Assembly: GCA_002429245.1 (NCBI GenBank)
Contig: DIZA01000002.1
Coordinates: forward strand, 44,350 to 108,349
DNA length: 64,000 nucleotides
Origin: Candidatus Saccharibacteria bacterium UBA6040
Lineage (GTDB): Bacteria > Patescibacteriota > Saccharimonadia > Saccharimonadales > Saccharimonadaceae
Reading direction: 5' to 3'
A program made the position numbers and the translations under genes. Positions 28,108 to 37,722 of this stretch are shown here, piece after piece. Position 1 is the first letter of the stretch. Each line of letters opens with the position of its first letter. The notes beneath the pieces were generated by a model. That model saw only the letters and a list, made by a program, of their open reading frames with translations, did not search any database and was not told where the DNA came from.

Positions 28108-28326
28108 TAGCATTTCGGTGCCAATAACAATTCGGCAAACAACCTAACCCATTTCTTACTAAAGAGGTGGCATGGTCAAAAAAACGCGTAAACCATACTG
28201 ATCCCGTCGTTCAGGTTCGTTTACGCGTCATGGAGGGAAACTTTCATGGGGCCCTTAAAAAGGTCCGCTTAGCGGCGGGTTTTGTGTACCCTCGGCTAAG
28301 CAACTTTTAAAGGGTTAGGAGGATAT
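28108..28326 (+). ncRNA. Highly structured 5' leader or ncRNA upstream of a small membrane peptide
   Basis: TGC-TACAAT at 28093-28101; four abutting hairpins 28183-28228, 28229-28248 (GAAA loop), 28249-28266, 28267-28301; CCTAACCC 28143-28150 pairs with GGGTTAGG 28312-28319 over the SD. Confidence 0.6.
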
Positions 28327-28473
28327 ATGCAAAACCAAAAGACGCGTACACGAATATTAGGGATCGAATCGGATAGCCGATTAGAAACTGCAGCAGTTAT
28401 TGGAACACTCATACTTTTTGCCGTCGTGGCAGTCATCGCATGGATTGCGATTGATATGCAGGCGCGGCCGTAG
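28327..28473 (+). CDS. Unannotated 48-aa single-TM peptide
   Basis: AGGAGG RBS; MQNQKTRTRILGIESDSRLETAAVIGTLILFAVVAVIAWIAIDMQARP*. Confidence 0.75.
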   Translation: MQNQKTRTRILGIESDSRLETAAVIGTLILFAVVAVIAWIAIDMQARP

Positions 28474-28478
28474 CGAAC

Positions 28479-29672
28479 TTAATTTTTAACGAGAACAAGA
28501 ATTTCACGCGCCACAATTTGGTCGGGGCGGAAATACAGCAGCTGATCGGGACGAACGTTACGCAGTTCAACGTAACTAAATCCAAGGTCTTCTACTTTTG
28601 TTAACAGCGGCAGGTGAGTGAAGCGACCGTCGATATCTTTCCAGGCAGGGACGCCGAACACGACGGGTGTTCCTGGTTCAATTTGGCCAGCGAGGTTTTT
28701 CAAGAACTCTGAAAGAATATGGTTGGTATTACCACGTACTTCGGTCAGCTTTGAGTTTGATGGTGGCGCACTGAATGGTTGTCCAAGGTAGCCTTCGGCA
28801 ACAACGGCATCAATCTTCAACTTCTGTGGAGTATCGTTAATGTTGCTTTGCCACGTCGTTGTCGTTGCGTCACCAACGGTCCATTCGGCAGTCTGATTCT
28901 TAAAATCGTGATTGTTCTCGAGCCACTGAATATTGGCTTCGGTGTATGAGATCATTTTTTCAGCAATGTCACTTCCGAAGACGTTGTAGCCCATCAGAAG
29001 TCCTTCTTGAAGGATGACACCAGTACCACAGAACGGGTCGAGGATGAGGCCTTTTTCAAGTCCAGCGAGGTTGATCATAATCTGTGCCAGCTTTGGAGGA
29101 AGCATGCCGACGAAGGCGTCACGCTTCGGACGACCTTGGTCACGAGCGGCGAGAGCAGTGATATTCTGCGCACCAGTGCTTTCGGCGATGACGATGCCCG
29201 ATTGTCCTTTAACGACGATTAACTCAACCTTATTATCAGCAAGCCCAAGTTTATTATGGTGCGACGTCGCCGTTGAAAGGGCAGCTTCTTGGTTTGGGAT
29301 AAGGCGAAGACTGGTGCCAGTTGGCTTTAGTTTACTTTTTAAAACAAGCCCAGTTTTTTGAATGTCACGAGGGCCCTCACTAAATCCATAGGCGCTGATA
29401 CCGAGGGTGATTTTGCCGTCTTTTTTAGCCCAAGCTTTTGAATAGTGTTGAACAATCTTTAGCGAGGCGGCGCGCCAGTCACGGCCAGGAACCTGTAAGA
29501 CAACTTTGCCTGCTTTTTGAGAACCACCGAGTCGCTGGATATCGATGTAGTCGGCTTCAGCCGATGGTTGGACGAGGGCGCTGATTTCTGAAAACCAGCT
29601 AACATCGCCGTATACTCGTTCGAGTTCGGCGATCGAGATTGCTGGCTGGCGTCCCAAGATGGCGATGTGCAT
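28479..29672 (-). CDS. Putative RNA methyltransferase (Trm11/Trm14-like, UPF0020)
   Basis: LPPKLAQIMINL, ILDPFCGTG, EGYLG. Confidence 0.8.
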   Translation of the reverse strand: MHIAILGRQPAISIAELERVYGDVSWFSEISALVQPSAEADYIDIQRLGGSQKAGKVVLQVPGRDWRAASLKIVQHYSKAWAKKDGKITLGISAYGFSEGPRDIQKTGLVLKSKLKPTGTSLRLIPNQEAALSTATSHHNKLGLADNKVELIVVKGQSGIVIAESTGAQNITALAARDQGRPKRDAFVGMLPPKLAQIMINLAGLEKGLILDPFCGTGVILQEGLLMGYNVFGSDIAEKMISYTEANIQWLENNHDFKNQTAEWTVGDATTTTWQSNINDTPQKLKIDAVVAEGYLGQPFSAPPSNSKLTEVRGNTNHILSEFLKNLAGQIEPGTPVVFGVPAWKDIDGRFTHLPLLTKVEDLGFSYVELRNVRPDQLLYFRPDQIVAREILVLVKN

Positions 29673-29709
29673 AGCTTTAGTATACCTGAATGCTATATAA
29701 TGAGGCCAT

Positions 29710-30762
29710 ATGCGAAAGATGTCCCAAAAATTGTCATTTCGGGGTTGGTTGACAACGATAACACTTCTACTGCTTGCAGTAGTCGTTTTTTTTGCTTGGC
29801 CAGAGATCGTAAAGGCCTACCGTTTGCTCGACCGAGTCGACCTGCGTATCCTCGCACTTCTGATTCCCGTTCAGTTCTTTAGTTACTATGCCGGTGGCGG
29901 CATGATTTTTTCATATCTGCGCTCAAAAGGTGATTTAAAAACAATGTCACATTGGCGCATTACTCGGATCGCACTCGAACTTAACTTCGTGAACCACATT
30001 CTTCCCAGCGGGGGAGCGGCCGGTTTTTCATACCTTGGCTGGGTACTTGGTAAATATGGGGTCAAGGCAAGCCGTGCGACAATTTCGCAGTTGATTCGTT
30101 TTACCTTAACCTTCCTTGCCTTCGTCATTATTTTGATTGTTGCGGTGGTATTCCTTGCGTACGATGGTCGTATCAATCGTCTGATCATTGTTCTCGCGAG
30201 TCTGATTGCAGTGGTGAGCCTGACGGTTATTTTTGGAACGGTTTATATTATTGGTAACGCCCGTCGTTTGACGAAGTTTTCGACATGGCTGACGAATCTT
30301 GCCAATGGCTTTGTAAGCAAAATTACTCGGGGTAAAAAGCCACAGATACTAAAAGAAAACGTGATTCCAGATTTCTTCGGAGAACTGCATCAAGATTATC
30401 TTGCGATTCGAAAAGATGCGCGAATTCTCATCAAGCCATTTATTTGGGCAATTTTTGTGAACCTCGCGGATGTGGCGTTGATCTGGATCGCCTTCTTCTC
30501 ACTTGGCTACGAAGTCAGCCCTTCGATCCTATTCGTTGCTTTCGGCGTTTCGTCGCTCGCCAGTGCCTTTTCCGTGACACCAGGTGGCGCAGGTGTCTAT
30601 GAGGCGATTATGATCGCATTCCTTGCATCAAGTAATGTGCCACCGGATGTGGCGATTGCCGGAACGTTGCTTGCTCGTGTGACGCTGGTTCTTGGAACGA
30701 TTATCTTTGGCTACGTGTTCTATCAATTGACGGTATTGAAGTATGGAAAACGTACTACTTAG
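29710..30762 (+). CDS. Lysylphosphatidylglycerol synthase TM / flippase-like protein (UPF0104)
   Basis: Multi-TM; NHILPSGGAAG, TPGGAGVYEA, LLARV. Confidence 0.85.
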   Translation: MRKMSQKLSFRGWLTTITLLLLAVVVFFAWPEIVKAYRLLDRVDLRILALLIPVQFFSYYAGGGMIFSYLRSKGDLKTMSHWRITRIALELNFVNHILPSGGAAGFSYLGWVLGKYGVKASRATISQLIRFTLTFLAFVIILIVAVVFLAYDGRINRLIIVLASLIAVVSLTVIFGTVYIIGNARRLTKFSTWLTNLANGFVSKITRGKKPQILKENVIPDFFGELHQDYLAIRKDARILIKPFIWAIFVNLADVALIWIAFFSLGYEVSPSILFVAFGVSSLASAFSVTPGGAGVYEAIMIAFLASSNVPPDVAIAGTLLARVTLVLGTIIFGYVFYQLTVLKYGKRTT

Positions 30763-31834
30763 CGTCAGCGATTTTGTCGCGCTCACCAATCAAACACTTG
30801 AATACGCGTATCCAACCGTCCAGGTCGAGGGTGAAATCGCAGAGTTCAAAATTATCCAAAACAAATGGGTGAGTTTTAAATTAAAAGATGACGGCGCTCT
30901 CGTTAGTTGTTTTACGACGCTGTTCCAAATGCGGACGCCCCTTGAGGATGGCATGAAAGTCATCGTTGTTGCCGCACCTCGTTTAAACAACAAGGGTTTC
31001 TTTACGCTGAACTTGAAATCGGTCAAACCAGTTGGTGAAGGCTCTATTAAAAAAGGCTTTGAATTACTGAAAGCAAAACTTGAAAAGGAAGGACTGTTTG
31101 CGGAGGAGCGAAAGCGAACCTTACCTCGTGTTCCAAAACGCGTCGCAGTGATTGCGAGTACAGAATCAGCCGGCTACGCAGACTTTATCAAAATCATTAA
31201 CGAACGGTGGAGCGGACTTGCGGTTGAAGTCGCACATACCCAAGTACAAGGTGTTCCTGCACCCGATCAAATGATCCGTGCGATTCGCTATTTCAATAGT
31301 CTTGAAGTTTTACCTGAAGTGCTCGTTATCATCCGTGGTGGAGGAAGCGCCGAAGACCTTTCGACCTTTAACGACGAGCCGTTAGTACGAGCAATTGCTG
31401 AAAGTCGTGTTCCAACACTGGTTGGCGTGGGGCATGAGGTTGACCATACGCTTGCCGACATGATCTCTGACGTCCGAGCGGCGACGCCAACCAATGCGGC
31501 GCAGATTTTGGTACCAGACAAACAGGAAATTATTCGTGGTGCCTGGGCACAGGCGAATTCGGTCGGCAATCTCGTTACGCAAGCGATTGATAGTTACTCA
31601 CGTCAGACGAAAGAAAATCTTTCGATGGCGTTTACACGGACTCAGCAAAAACTTGACGACACGTTTGAGCGATTGGGGATTTTGCGTGTTGCGATTTCAC
31701 AACTGAATCCAGAGAATGTGCTGAAACGAGGCTATGCACTGTTACGCGGATCGCAGACGGTCGGGGCAGTACTAGAAATTGAAACAGTAGAGAATATTAT
31801 AAAAGCGGAGGTTCAACATGTCAGAAGCAAATAA
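30743..31834 (+). CDS. xseA: Exodeoxyribonuclease VII large subunit
   Basis: VEGEI, IIRGGGSAEDL, VGVGHEVD, ATPTNAA. Confidence 0.97.
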   Translation: MENVLLSVSDFVALTNQTLEYAYPTVQVEGEIAEFKIIQNKWVSFKLKDDGALVSCFTTLFQMRTPLEDGMKVIVVAAPRLNNKGFFTLNLKSVKPVGEGSIKKGFELLKAKLEKEGLFAEERKRTLPRVPKRVAVIASTESAGYADFIKIINERWSGLAVEVAHTQVQGVPAPDQMIRAIRYFNSLEVLPEVLVIIRGGGSAEDLSTFNDEPLVRAIAESRVPTLVGVGHEVDHTLADMISDVRAATPTNAAQILVPDKQEIIRGAWAQANSVGNLVTQAIDSYSRQTKENLSMAFTRTQQKLDDTFERLGILRVAISQLNPENVLKRGYALLRGSQTVGAVLEIETVENIIKAEVQHVRSK

Positions 31835-32039
31835 TGATGCAAAGAAAAAATCAGTCCAAGAAAAATTAACTGATCTATCAGAACTCGTCGGGTGGTTTCA
31901 GGGTGACTCATTCAAACTTGAAGACGCACTGGATAAGTTCAAAGACGCCGAGGCGCTGGCTGAAGAGATCGAAAAGGATCTGACGAAACTTAAAAATGAT
32001 ATTCAAGTCGTCAAAAAGCGATTTGATACACAAGAATAG
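31818..32039 (+). CDS. xseB: Exodeoxyribonuclease VII small subunit
   Basis: Helical 73 aa with LEDALDKF, follows xseA. Confidence 0.9.
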   Translation: MSEANNDAKKKSVQEKLTDLSELVGWFQGDSFKLEDALDKFKDAEALAEEIEKDLTKLKNDIQVVKKRFDTQE

Positions 32040-32048
32040 GGGGTATAA

Positions 32049-32579
32049 GTGATTTCACCAAGCGCTGTCATTATTTTTATCATCGTCTGCTTGGTGGTGT
32101 TCTTTGGGCTGGTTGTTTTCGTCGGTGCGCCATATGTGCCTAGTCAGAAAAAGTATGTCAAACGGGCTTTCGATTATCTTGGTATTGATTCGGCCGATTT
32201 GCTTGTCGATGTTGGCAGTGGTGATGGGATTATTCTGCGCATCGCCTCCAACTATGGTGCAAAAGCGATAGGATACGAGATTAACCCTGTATTGGTCGCG
32301 ATTTCACGGTTACTTTCTTTCCGTGATCCGCACGTAAAGGTATTGATGCAAAATTTGTGGCTGGCAAAATTGCCCGATGAAACAACGATCGTATACGCAT
32401 TTGCTGTTCAGCGTGATGAAAAGAAATTACGAACGCTTTTGCAACGTGAAGCGAATCGGCTGGGGCGACCTCTGAAATTACTGTGTTTTGGGAGTCCATT
32501 TAAGCATATGCAATCGGTTGATACGTTCGAAGCGTACCATCTTTATATATTCCAACCTTTACAGCCAAAAAATGCTTAA
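32049..32579 (+). CDS. Membrane-anchored class I SAM-dependent methyltransferase-like protein
   Basis: N-terminal TM, GAPYVPS, LVDVGSGDG, GYEINP. Confidence 0.8.
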   Translation: MISPSAVIIFIIVCLVVFFGLVVFVGAPYVPSQKKYVKRAFDYLGIDSADLLVDVGSGDGIILRIASNYGAKAIGYEINPVLVAISRLLSFRDPHVKVLMQNLWLAKLPDETTIVYAFAVQRDEKKLRTLLQREANRLGRPLKLLCFGSPFKHMQSVDTFEAYHLYIFQPLQPKNA

Positions 32580-32593
32580 GGTATAATGGCGAT

Positions 32594-33256
32594 ATGACTC
32601 ATATTCTTGCAGCGCATAAAAACGAAGTCGGAGCAGTAAATACCTGGCTGGTTATCAGTATCGCCTTTATCGTGGCGACTGTTGCGCTTGGGGGAGCGTT
32701 TGCTTGGGCGCTGATTAACTATTTTGATCAAAAAGATACTGTCGACACCAAAGTATCAACTGCTGTGACGACTGCAGTCAAGAAACAAGCCGATACAGAT
32801 GCGGCAAACTTTGAAGCAAAAGATAAGCAACCAAACCGCCAGTTTGCTGGTCCAGAAGACTTTGGATCGCTGAGCTTCTCTTACCCAAAGACATGGAGCA
32901 CGTATATCAACAAAGATGCTTCAACGGGAACCTTTCAGGCCTATTTGAATCCCGTCTCTGTCCCAACTATTAACTCTTCGACGCAGTATGCATTAGAAGT
33001 GACTATCGAGACAAAGAATTACGACACAATCCTTAACACATACACCGCGCTGGTGAAAAAAGGTGACCTAAAATCAAGCACGGTCAGGATTAACGGCGTT
33101 GATAGTGCTCGACTCGACGGTGTATTTTCGAAAGATATTCGTGGTTCAGCAGTGATCTTTAAAATCCGCGACAAAACGGTCACGATTCGTACTGATGCCG
33201 ACACATTCAAGCCTGATTTTGAAGCATTAGTTGCCTCAATCAAGTTCAACCAATAA
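32594..33256 (+). CDS. Membrane-anchored hypothetical protein (possible pilin-like leader, PsbP-like C-terminus)
   Basis: NEVG/AVN then hydrophobic helix; beta-rich C-terminus; fold is inference. Confidence 0.65.
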   Translation: MTHILAAHKNEVGAVNTWLVISIAFIVATVALGGAFAWALINYFDQKDTVDTKVSTAVTTAVKKQADTDAANFEAKDKQPNRQFAGPEDFGSLSFSYPKTWSTYINKDASTGTFQAYLNPVSVPTINSSTQYALEVTIETKNYDTILNTYTALVKKGDLKSSTVRINGVDSARLDGVFSKDIRGSAVIFKIRDKTVTIRTDADTFKPDFEALVASIKFNQ

Positions 33257-33319
33257 TCTTCTAAAATCAATCACGCTCATCTTTGTCACAGGCTACCAGC
33301 TGATGCTACACTAAAGTAT

Positions 33320-34060
33320 ATGAAAAAGAGTGAGGGACTCGGAGTCGAATCTTCTGAGAAGGTGATTGATGCTACAGAAGTATCTTCACTGACGGCAGCT
33401 GCTCACGAGCTTAAATCTCCTCTTGCATTGGTACGCCAATTAGCACTTCGATTGGATGCCAGTGATGTCTCGGACGAGCAACGACGTCTTATTCAACAAA
33501 TTACACTGACCAGTGAACGTGCACTGCGTCTGACGAGTGATCTGACACGTGTTGCGAGGCTTGATGATGCTATGTTTGAGCTGGAACCGATTAATCCTGA
33601 ACAGTTGTGTCGAGACATAGCCACGGAGCTTGCACCGCTATTTGAAGCTCATGGCAGGTCGCTTGCGGTGAGTCACCGAGTTCATCCTTTACTACTGGTT
33701 GCCAACCGAGATTTACTCCGTCGTATCATTATGAATTTTAGCGATAACGCATTGTATTATAGTCAGCCAGGAACGGCGGTGCATATGCAGATTCAAGCGC
33801 TGACAAAAGCAGGAACGATTCGTGTGGGAATTCGTGATTTTGGACCGGCACTATCGAATGATATGTGGCGAAAACTCCAAAAGAAATTAAAACATTCACC
33901 GCAAGCAATTCACGCGCGTCCGCAAAGTAGTGGGCTGGGGCTTTTCATCGCTAGCCAGTTTGCTGAGGTGATGAACGGCACGATTGGGGCAACCAGGCAC
34001 CGTGACGGCGCAACCTTTTACGTTGAACTGCAGGCATCAAGGCAACTTAGCCTGTTATGA
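33320..34060 (+). CDS. Cytoplasmic histidine kinase (HisKA + HATPase, no sensor or TM)
   Basis: AHELKSPL H-box, NFSDNAL N-box, SGLGLFIA G2 box. Confidence 0.88.
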   Translation: MKKSEGLGVESSEKVIDATEVSSLTAAAHELKSPLALVRQLALRLDASDVSDEQRRLIQQITLTSERALRLTSDLTRVARLDDAMFELEPINPEQLCRDIATELAPLFEAHGRSLAVSHRVHPLLLVANRDLLRRIIMNFSDNALYYSQPGTAVHMQIQALTKAGTIRVGIRDFGPALSNDMWRKLQKKLKHSPQAIHARPQSSGLGLFIASQFAEVMNGTIGATRHRDGATFYVELQASRQLSLL

Positions 34061-34434
34061 CAAATGTACTACTGGTCGAAGATGATCCGTGGTTGGCTGA
34101 GCTCGAGGCTGGCGTGCTGGTTGGAGCTGGATTTACGGTTGTTCATTCACCGCACGCACCATCTGCGATCGCCAAGATTGATGAAACGCAACCAGATATT
34201 ATTATTCTTGACGTGCTTTTAACGGGCAGCACAGCGTTTGCGTTATTGCATGAATTGCAGTCCTACGGTGACACCAAAACGATCCCCGTTATTCTGTGTA
34301 CGAATATGGCCGAGAGTCTAAAACTTGAAGACTTGAAACAATATGGTGTTCGTAGAATCGTTGATAAGACGACGATGCAACTTGACGACCTACCTGCGGC
34401 GATTAAAGCCGTGCTTGGAAAAGTGATGTTATGA
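34057..34434 (+). CDS. Single-domain response regulator
   Basis: VLLVEDD, IIILDVLL; ATGA overlap with the kinase. Confidence 0.9.
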   Translation: MTNVLLVEDDPWLAELEAGVLVGAGFTVVHSPHAPSAIAKIDETQPDIIILDVLLTGSTAFALLHELQSYGDTKTIPVILCTNMAESLKLEDLKQYGVRRIVDKTTMQLDDLPAAIKAVLGKVML

Positions 34435-35105
34435 AAACAACGACAACACGTGCAATTGTCTTACGGCGAACGAACTACGGCGAAGCTGATCGGATACTAC
34501 AATTGTTAACACCCGAAGGTCGACGTAGTGTTATGGCCCGAGGTGTGCGCAAGCAAAAAAGTAAACTCGCAGGGGGCATCGAGTTATTCGCAATCTGCGA
34601 CGTTGTATTAGGGGAAGGGAAGGGGCAGCTTGGCGTGTTGACGTCATCGCGGCTGGTTCACTTCTATCGCCATATTATCGAGGATTATGACCGCTTACAA
34701 TTCGGCTATTTCGTGATTCAACAGGTGACAAAGGCGAGTGAAAATGTCGATGAGCCAGAGTGGTTTGATCTGATGTCGGAGATTTTGATGGGGCTCGATG
34801 TTGCGACGATTCCGCTTTCGTTGACGCAGACTTGGTTTTATTTGAAGTTTGCGGGCTTGCTGGGACACCAACTCAACTTAGAAATTGATACTAATGGCGA
34901 AAAGCTAGATCCAGAACGGTTTTATCGCTACGACGTTGGTGAACAAGGACTGCGCGAAGTACCGAATGGTGAAATCACGGGCGAGCATATTAAGCTTTTG
35001 CGGCTGATCTCAACCAGGTCGATTAAAATTCTTGCCCAAATCGGGGGAGTCGAGGCTATTTTACCCGCTTGTTTGCAGGTGGCACGAGAGCATGCTTCTA
35101 TCTAG
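34431..35105 (+). CDS. recO: DNA repair protein RecO (no Zn-finger Cys cluster visible)
   Basis: AIVLRRTNYGEADRIL...ARGVRKQKSKL. Confidence 0.93.
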   Translation: MKTTTTRAIVLRRTNYGEADRILQLLTPEGRRSVMARGVRKQKSKLAGGIELFAICDVVLGEGKGQLGVLTSSRLVHFYRHIIEDYDRLQFGYFVIQQVTKASENVDEPEWFDLMSEILMGLDVATIPLSLTQTWFYLKFAGLLGHQLNLEIDTNGEKLDPERFYRYDVGEQGLREVPNGEITGEHIKLLRLISTRSIKILAQIGGVEAILPACLQVAREHASI

Positions 35106-35132
35106 AGGCTTGTGGTATAATCAACCCCAGTT

Positions 35133-36488
35133 ATGGCTACAGAAAAAAACGAAAAAATGGAGCAGATTGTCTCACTCGCAAAGCGACGTGGATTTATCTA
35201 TCCTGGATCAGATGTCTATGGTGGATTAAGTGGTACGTGGGACTTTGGTCCTCTTGGTGTCGCATTAAAGCGAAACGTTATGCAACTTTGGTGGAAACTG
35301 TTTGTTGAAGACCGTGAAGATATGTACGGTGTCGACGCAGCGATCCTTATGAACCAAAAAGTGTGGAAGGCGAGTGGGCACGTCGATACGTTTACTGACC
35401 CGTTGGTTGAAGATCTTGAAACAAAGCAACGATTTCGTGCTGACCACCTCTTAAAAGATGCCGGTTTTCCCGTAGATGGATTAAGCCTTGATCAAATGTC
35501 ACAGTTGATCAAAGACAACGATATTAAAAGTCCGAACGGTAACGCTTTATCTGAAGTGCGAACATTTAACATGATGTTTAAAACAACCGTTGGTCCAATT
35601 GATGACGAAGCCAGCATTAGCTATCTTCGTCCTGAAACTGCCCAGGGAATCTTCACGAACTACAAAAACGTGCTGGATAGCTTTTACCCCGACTTACCAT
35701 TTGGGTTAGCACAGCAGGGCAAGGCTTTTCGTAATGAAATTAGCCCGCGCGACTTTATTTTCCGTTCTCGCGAGTTTGAACAAATGGAGATTGAATACTT
35801 TGTTGATCCAGCCAAATGGGAAGAAGCATTCGAGCATTGGCGTCAGCAAGTCTGGAAGTGGACACAGGCGTTGGGACTTCCCGACGAGAACGTTCACGAG
35901 CTAGAAGTACCAGAGGCGGATCGCGCGCATTACAGCAAGCGAACTATCGACTTTGAATTCGATTTTCCTATCGGTAAAGAAGAGCTTTTGGGCCTTGCCT
36001 ACCGTACTGATTTTGACCTAATGAATATTCAGAATGCTACTGGCAAGAATATGGATTACCTGGTTAAGGGAACGAACACAAAATTTGTTCCTCATGTTAT
36101 CGAACCTTCATTTGGTGTTGAGCGCGCGATTATGGCAGTCCTTACTGCTGCGTATACAGAAGACGAGGTAAACGGTGAAACACGAACATTCTTGAAGCTC
36201 CCAGAGCACCTTGCGCCCGTTAAATATGCTGTTTCGCCACTAGTACGTAATAAGCCCGAGTTGGTTGCCAAAGCTCGTGAAGTCTATAATGCCCTTAAAG
36301 CGAAACACGGTGCAGTCATGTGGGATGACAACGGCAACATCGGAAAACGGTATCGTCGTCAGGATGAAATTGGAACGCCACATTGCGTGGTTGTCGACTT
36401 CGAAACACTGGAAGACAATACTGTCACCGTTCGTGAACGTGATACGACCGAACAGCACCGAATTAGTATCGAAGAGTTGATTAAATAA
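35133..36488 (+). CDS. glyS: Glycyl-tRNA synthetase, alpha2 (archaeal/eukaryote-like) type
   Basis: YLRPETAQGIF, RNEISPR, VIEPSFGVER, IGKRYRRQDEIGTP. Confidence 0.97.
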   Translation: MATEKNEKMEQIVSLAKRRGFIYPGSDVYGGLSGTWDFGPLGVALKRNVMQLWWKLFVEDREDMYGVDAAILMNQKVWKASGHVDTFTDPLVEDLETKQRFRADHLLKDAGFPVDGLSLDQMSQLIKDNDIKSPNGNALSEVRTFNMMFKTTVGPIDDEASISYLRPETAQGIFTNYKNVLDSFYPDLPFGLAQQGKAFRNEISPRDFIFRSREFEQMEIEYFVDPAKWEEAFEHWRQQVWKWTQALGLPDENVHELEVPEADRAHYSKRTIDFEFDFPIGKEELLGLAYRTDFDLMNIQNATGKNMDYLVKGTNTKFVPHVIEPSFGVERAIMAVLTAAYTEDEVNGETRTFLKLPEHLAPVKYAVSPLVRNKPELVAKAREVYNALKAKHGAVMWDDNGNIGKRYRRQDEIGTPHCVVVDFETLEDNTVTVRERDTTEQHRISIEELIK

Positions 36489-37615
36489 TGGCGAAGGGTG
36501 GGACCGACACAGTGAGCAAAGGAGCAAAGTCAGCTTTCACTATTGTTGAGCTACTCATCGTGATTGTCGTGATTGGTATATTGGCCGGCATTATACTGGT
36601 TGGCTATAGCGCAGTGATCAATAATGCAAATGATAAGTCCGTACAGGCCGATATATCAAAACTGGCTGATTCCGTAAAGTTGTTAACTCTTGATAATAAT
36701 GGCGTGCCTGACGGGGGCGCTACTTCATCAAACACGGGTGACTCGACAGTGTTAAACGGTATCAGGTTTAAAACTAACGTTGTCTCATATGATCAAACCG
36801 TGGCAAATCTATATTATTGCTCGGGGATGATCAATGGCACCGAGGAGTTTACTATTGTTGCACGTTCAAAATCAGGGAATGCTTACTCTTACAGTTCAAA
36901 AAGTGGTGTTGCTGGCTTCAGTGGCTACACGTGGACGGGTTCAAACAATGGGGTAGCGGTGTGTGGACTGGCTGGGTATACTGCACCATTTACTTGGTCG
37001 TATGGCTATAACCCGGCTGCGAATTACGGATGGTATGCCTGGGCGTTCAATGGAGAAGTTCTCACTAATTTGGCAACAAACCCGTCAATCGAATCCAATA
37101 CGACTGGTTGGGCAAAATATACAGGCGTCAGTGCTAGCATGACGAGGGTCACTTCTGGCGGCTGGTCTGGCACATCGTACCTTTCGACCGTCGGTGATAA
37201 TACAAACACGATTCCACGAGTATATACGGATATTCCGACTTCGGATGGAGATGTTATATCGGTGATCTTCCATGTTAAGAGTACCGGTCAAGCCGCAACG
37301 AGTGCACTACTAGCAGCAAAACTTGTCTCGGGTGGCACGGAAATCAGTACGTTTAATACGTCGTATCCTTCGTGGAGCCCAGATGCAAATGGATGGTCTA
37401 CTGCGACCGCTACATTTACAGTACCAGCAGGAGGTGATCACGTTCGTCTTAGCATGGGTCTTACGAGTGCCGCAAATTATACAGGAACAATGGGTATTGA
37501 TGGCGTGATGGCCGTGAAGAGTAGTACGGTGCCTACTTATGCAGACGGCAATACGCCAAGGTGGGTATGGACGGGGACTGCTAATAACTCCGCTTCAACA
37601 GGCCCTGCGCTGTAA
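36488..37615 (+). CDS. Type IV pilin-like protein with C-terminal carbohydrate-binding-like domain
   Basis: A/FTIVELLIVIVVIGILAGI class III signal; C-terminal TNLATNPSIE...GW and YADG...WVWTGTANNS. Confidence 0.85.
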   Translation: MAKGGTDTVSKGAKSAFTIVELLIVIVVIGILAGIILVGYSAVINNANDKSVQADISKLADSVKLLTLDNNGVPDGGATSSNTGDSTVLNGIRFKTNVVSYDQTVANLYYCSGMINGTEEFTIVARSKSGNAYSYSSKSGVAGFSGYTWTGSNNGVAVCGLAGYTAPFTWSYGYNPAANYGWYAWAFNGEVLTNLATNPSIESNTTGWAKYTGVSASMTRVTSGGWSGTSYLSTVGDNTNTIPRVYTDIPTSDGDVISVIFHVKSTGQAATSALLAAKLVSGGTEISTFNTSYPSWSPDANGWSTATATFTVPAGGDHVRLSMGLTSAANYTGTMGIDGVMAVKSSTVPTYADGNTPRWVWTGTANNSASTGPAL

Positions 37616-37722
37616 AGTAATAACGTATTGGCACATTGAAGTTACTGAATAAATCACACAAAATATAAGCCTCTTTTCAGAATGTAGCAGTACCCTTTAT
37701 ATATAAAGGAGAATTAACTACT

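Noticed and set aside
28130-28270. c-di-GMP-I riboswitch
   Set aside because: GGCAAAC is present, but the GNRA hairpin and GACGCAAAG receptor are not in the required order.
37694-37709. 16-bp palindrome CCTTTATATATAAAGG over an RBS
   Set aside because: AT-only core that is easily formed by chance; no second copy seen.
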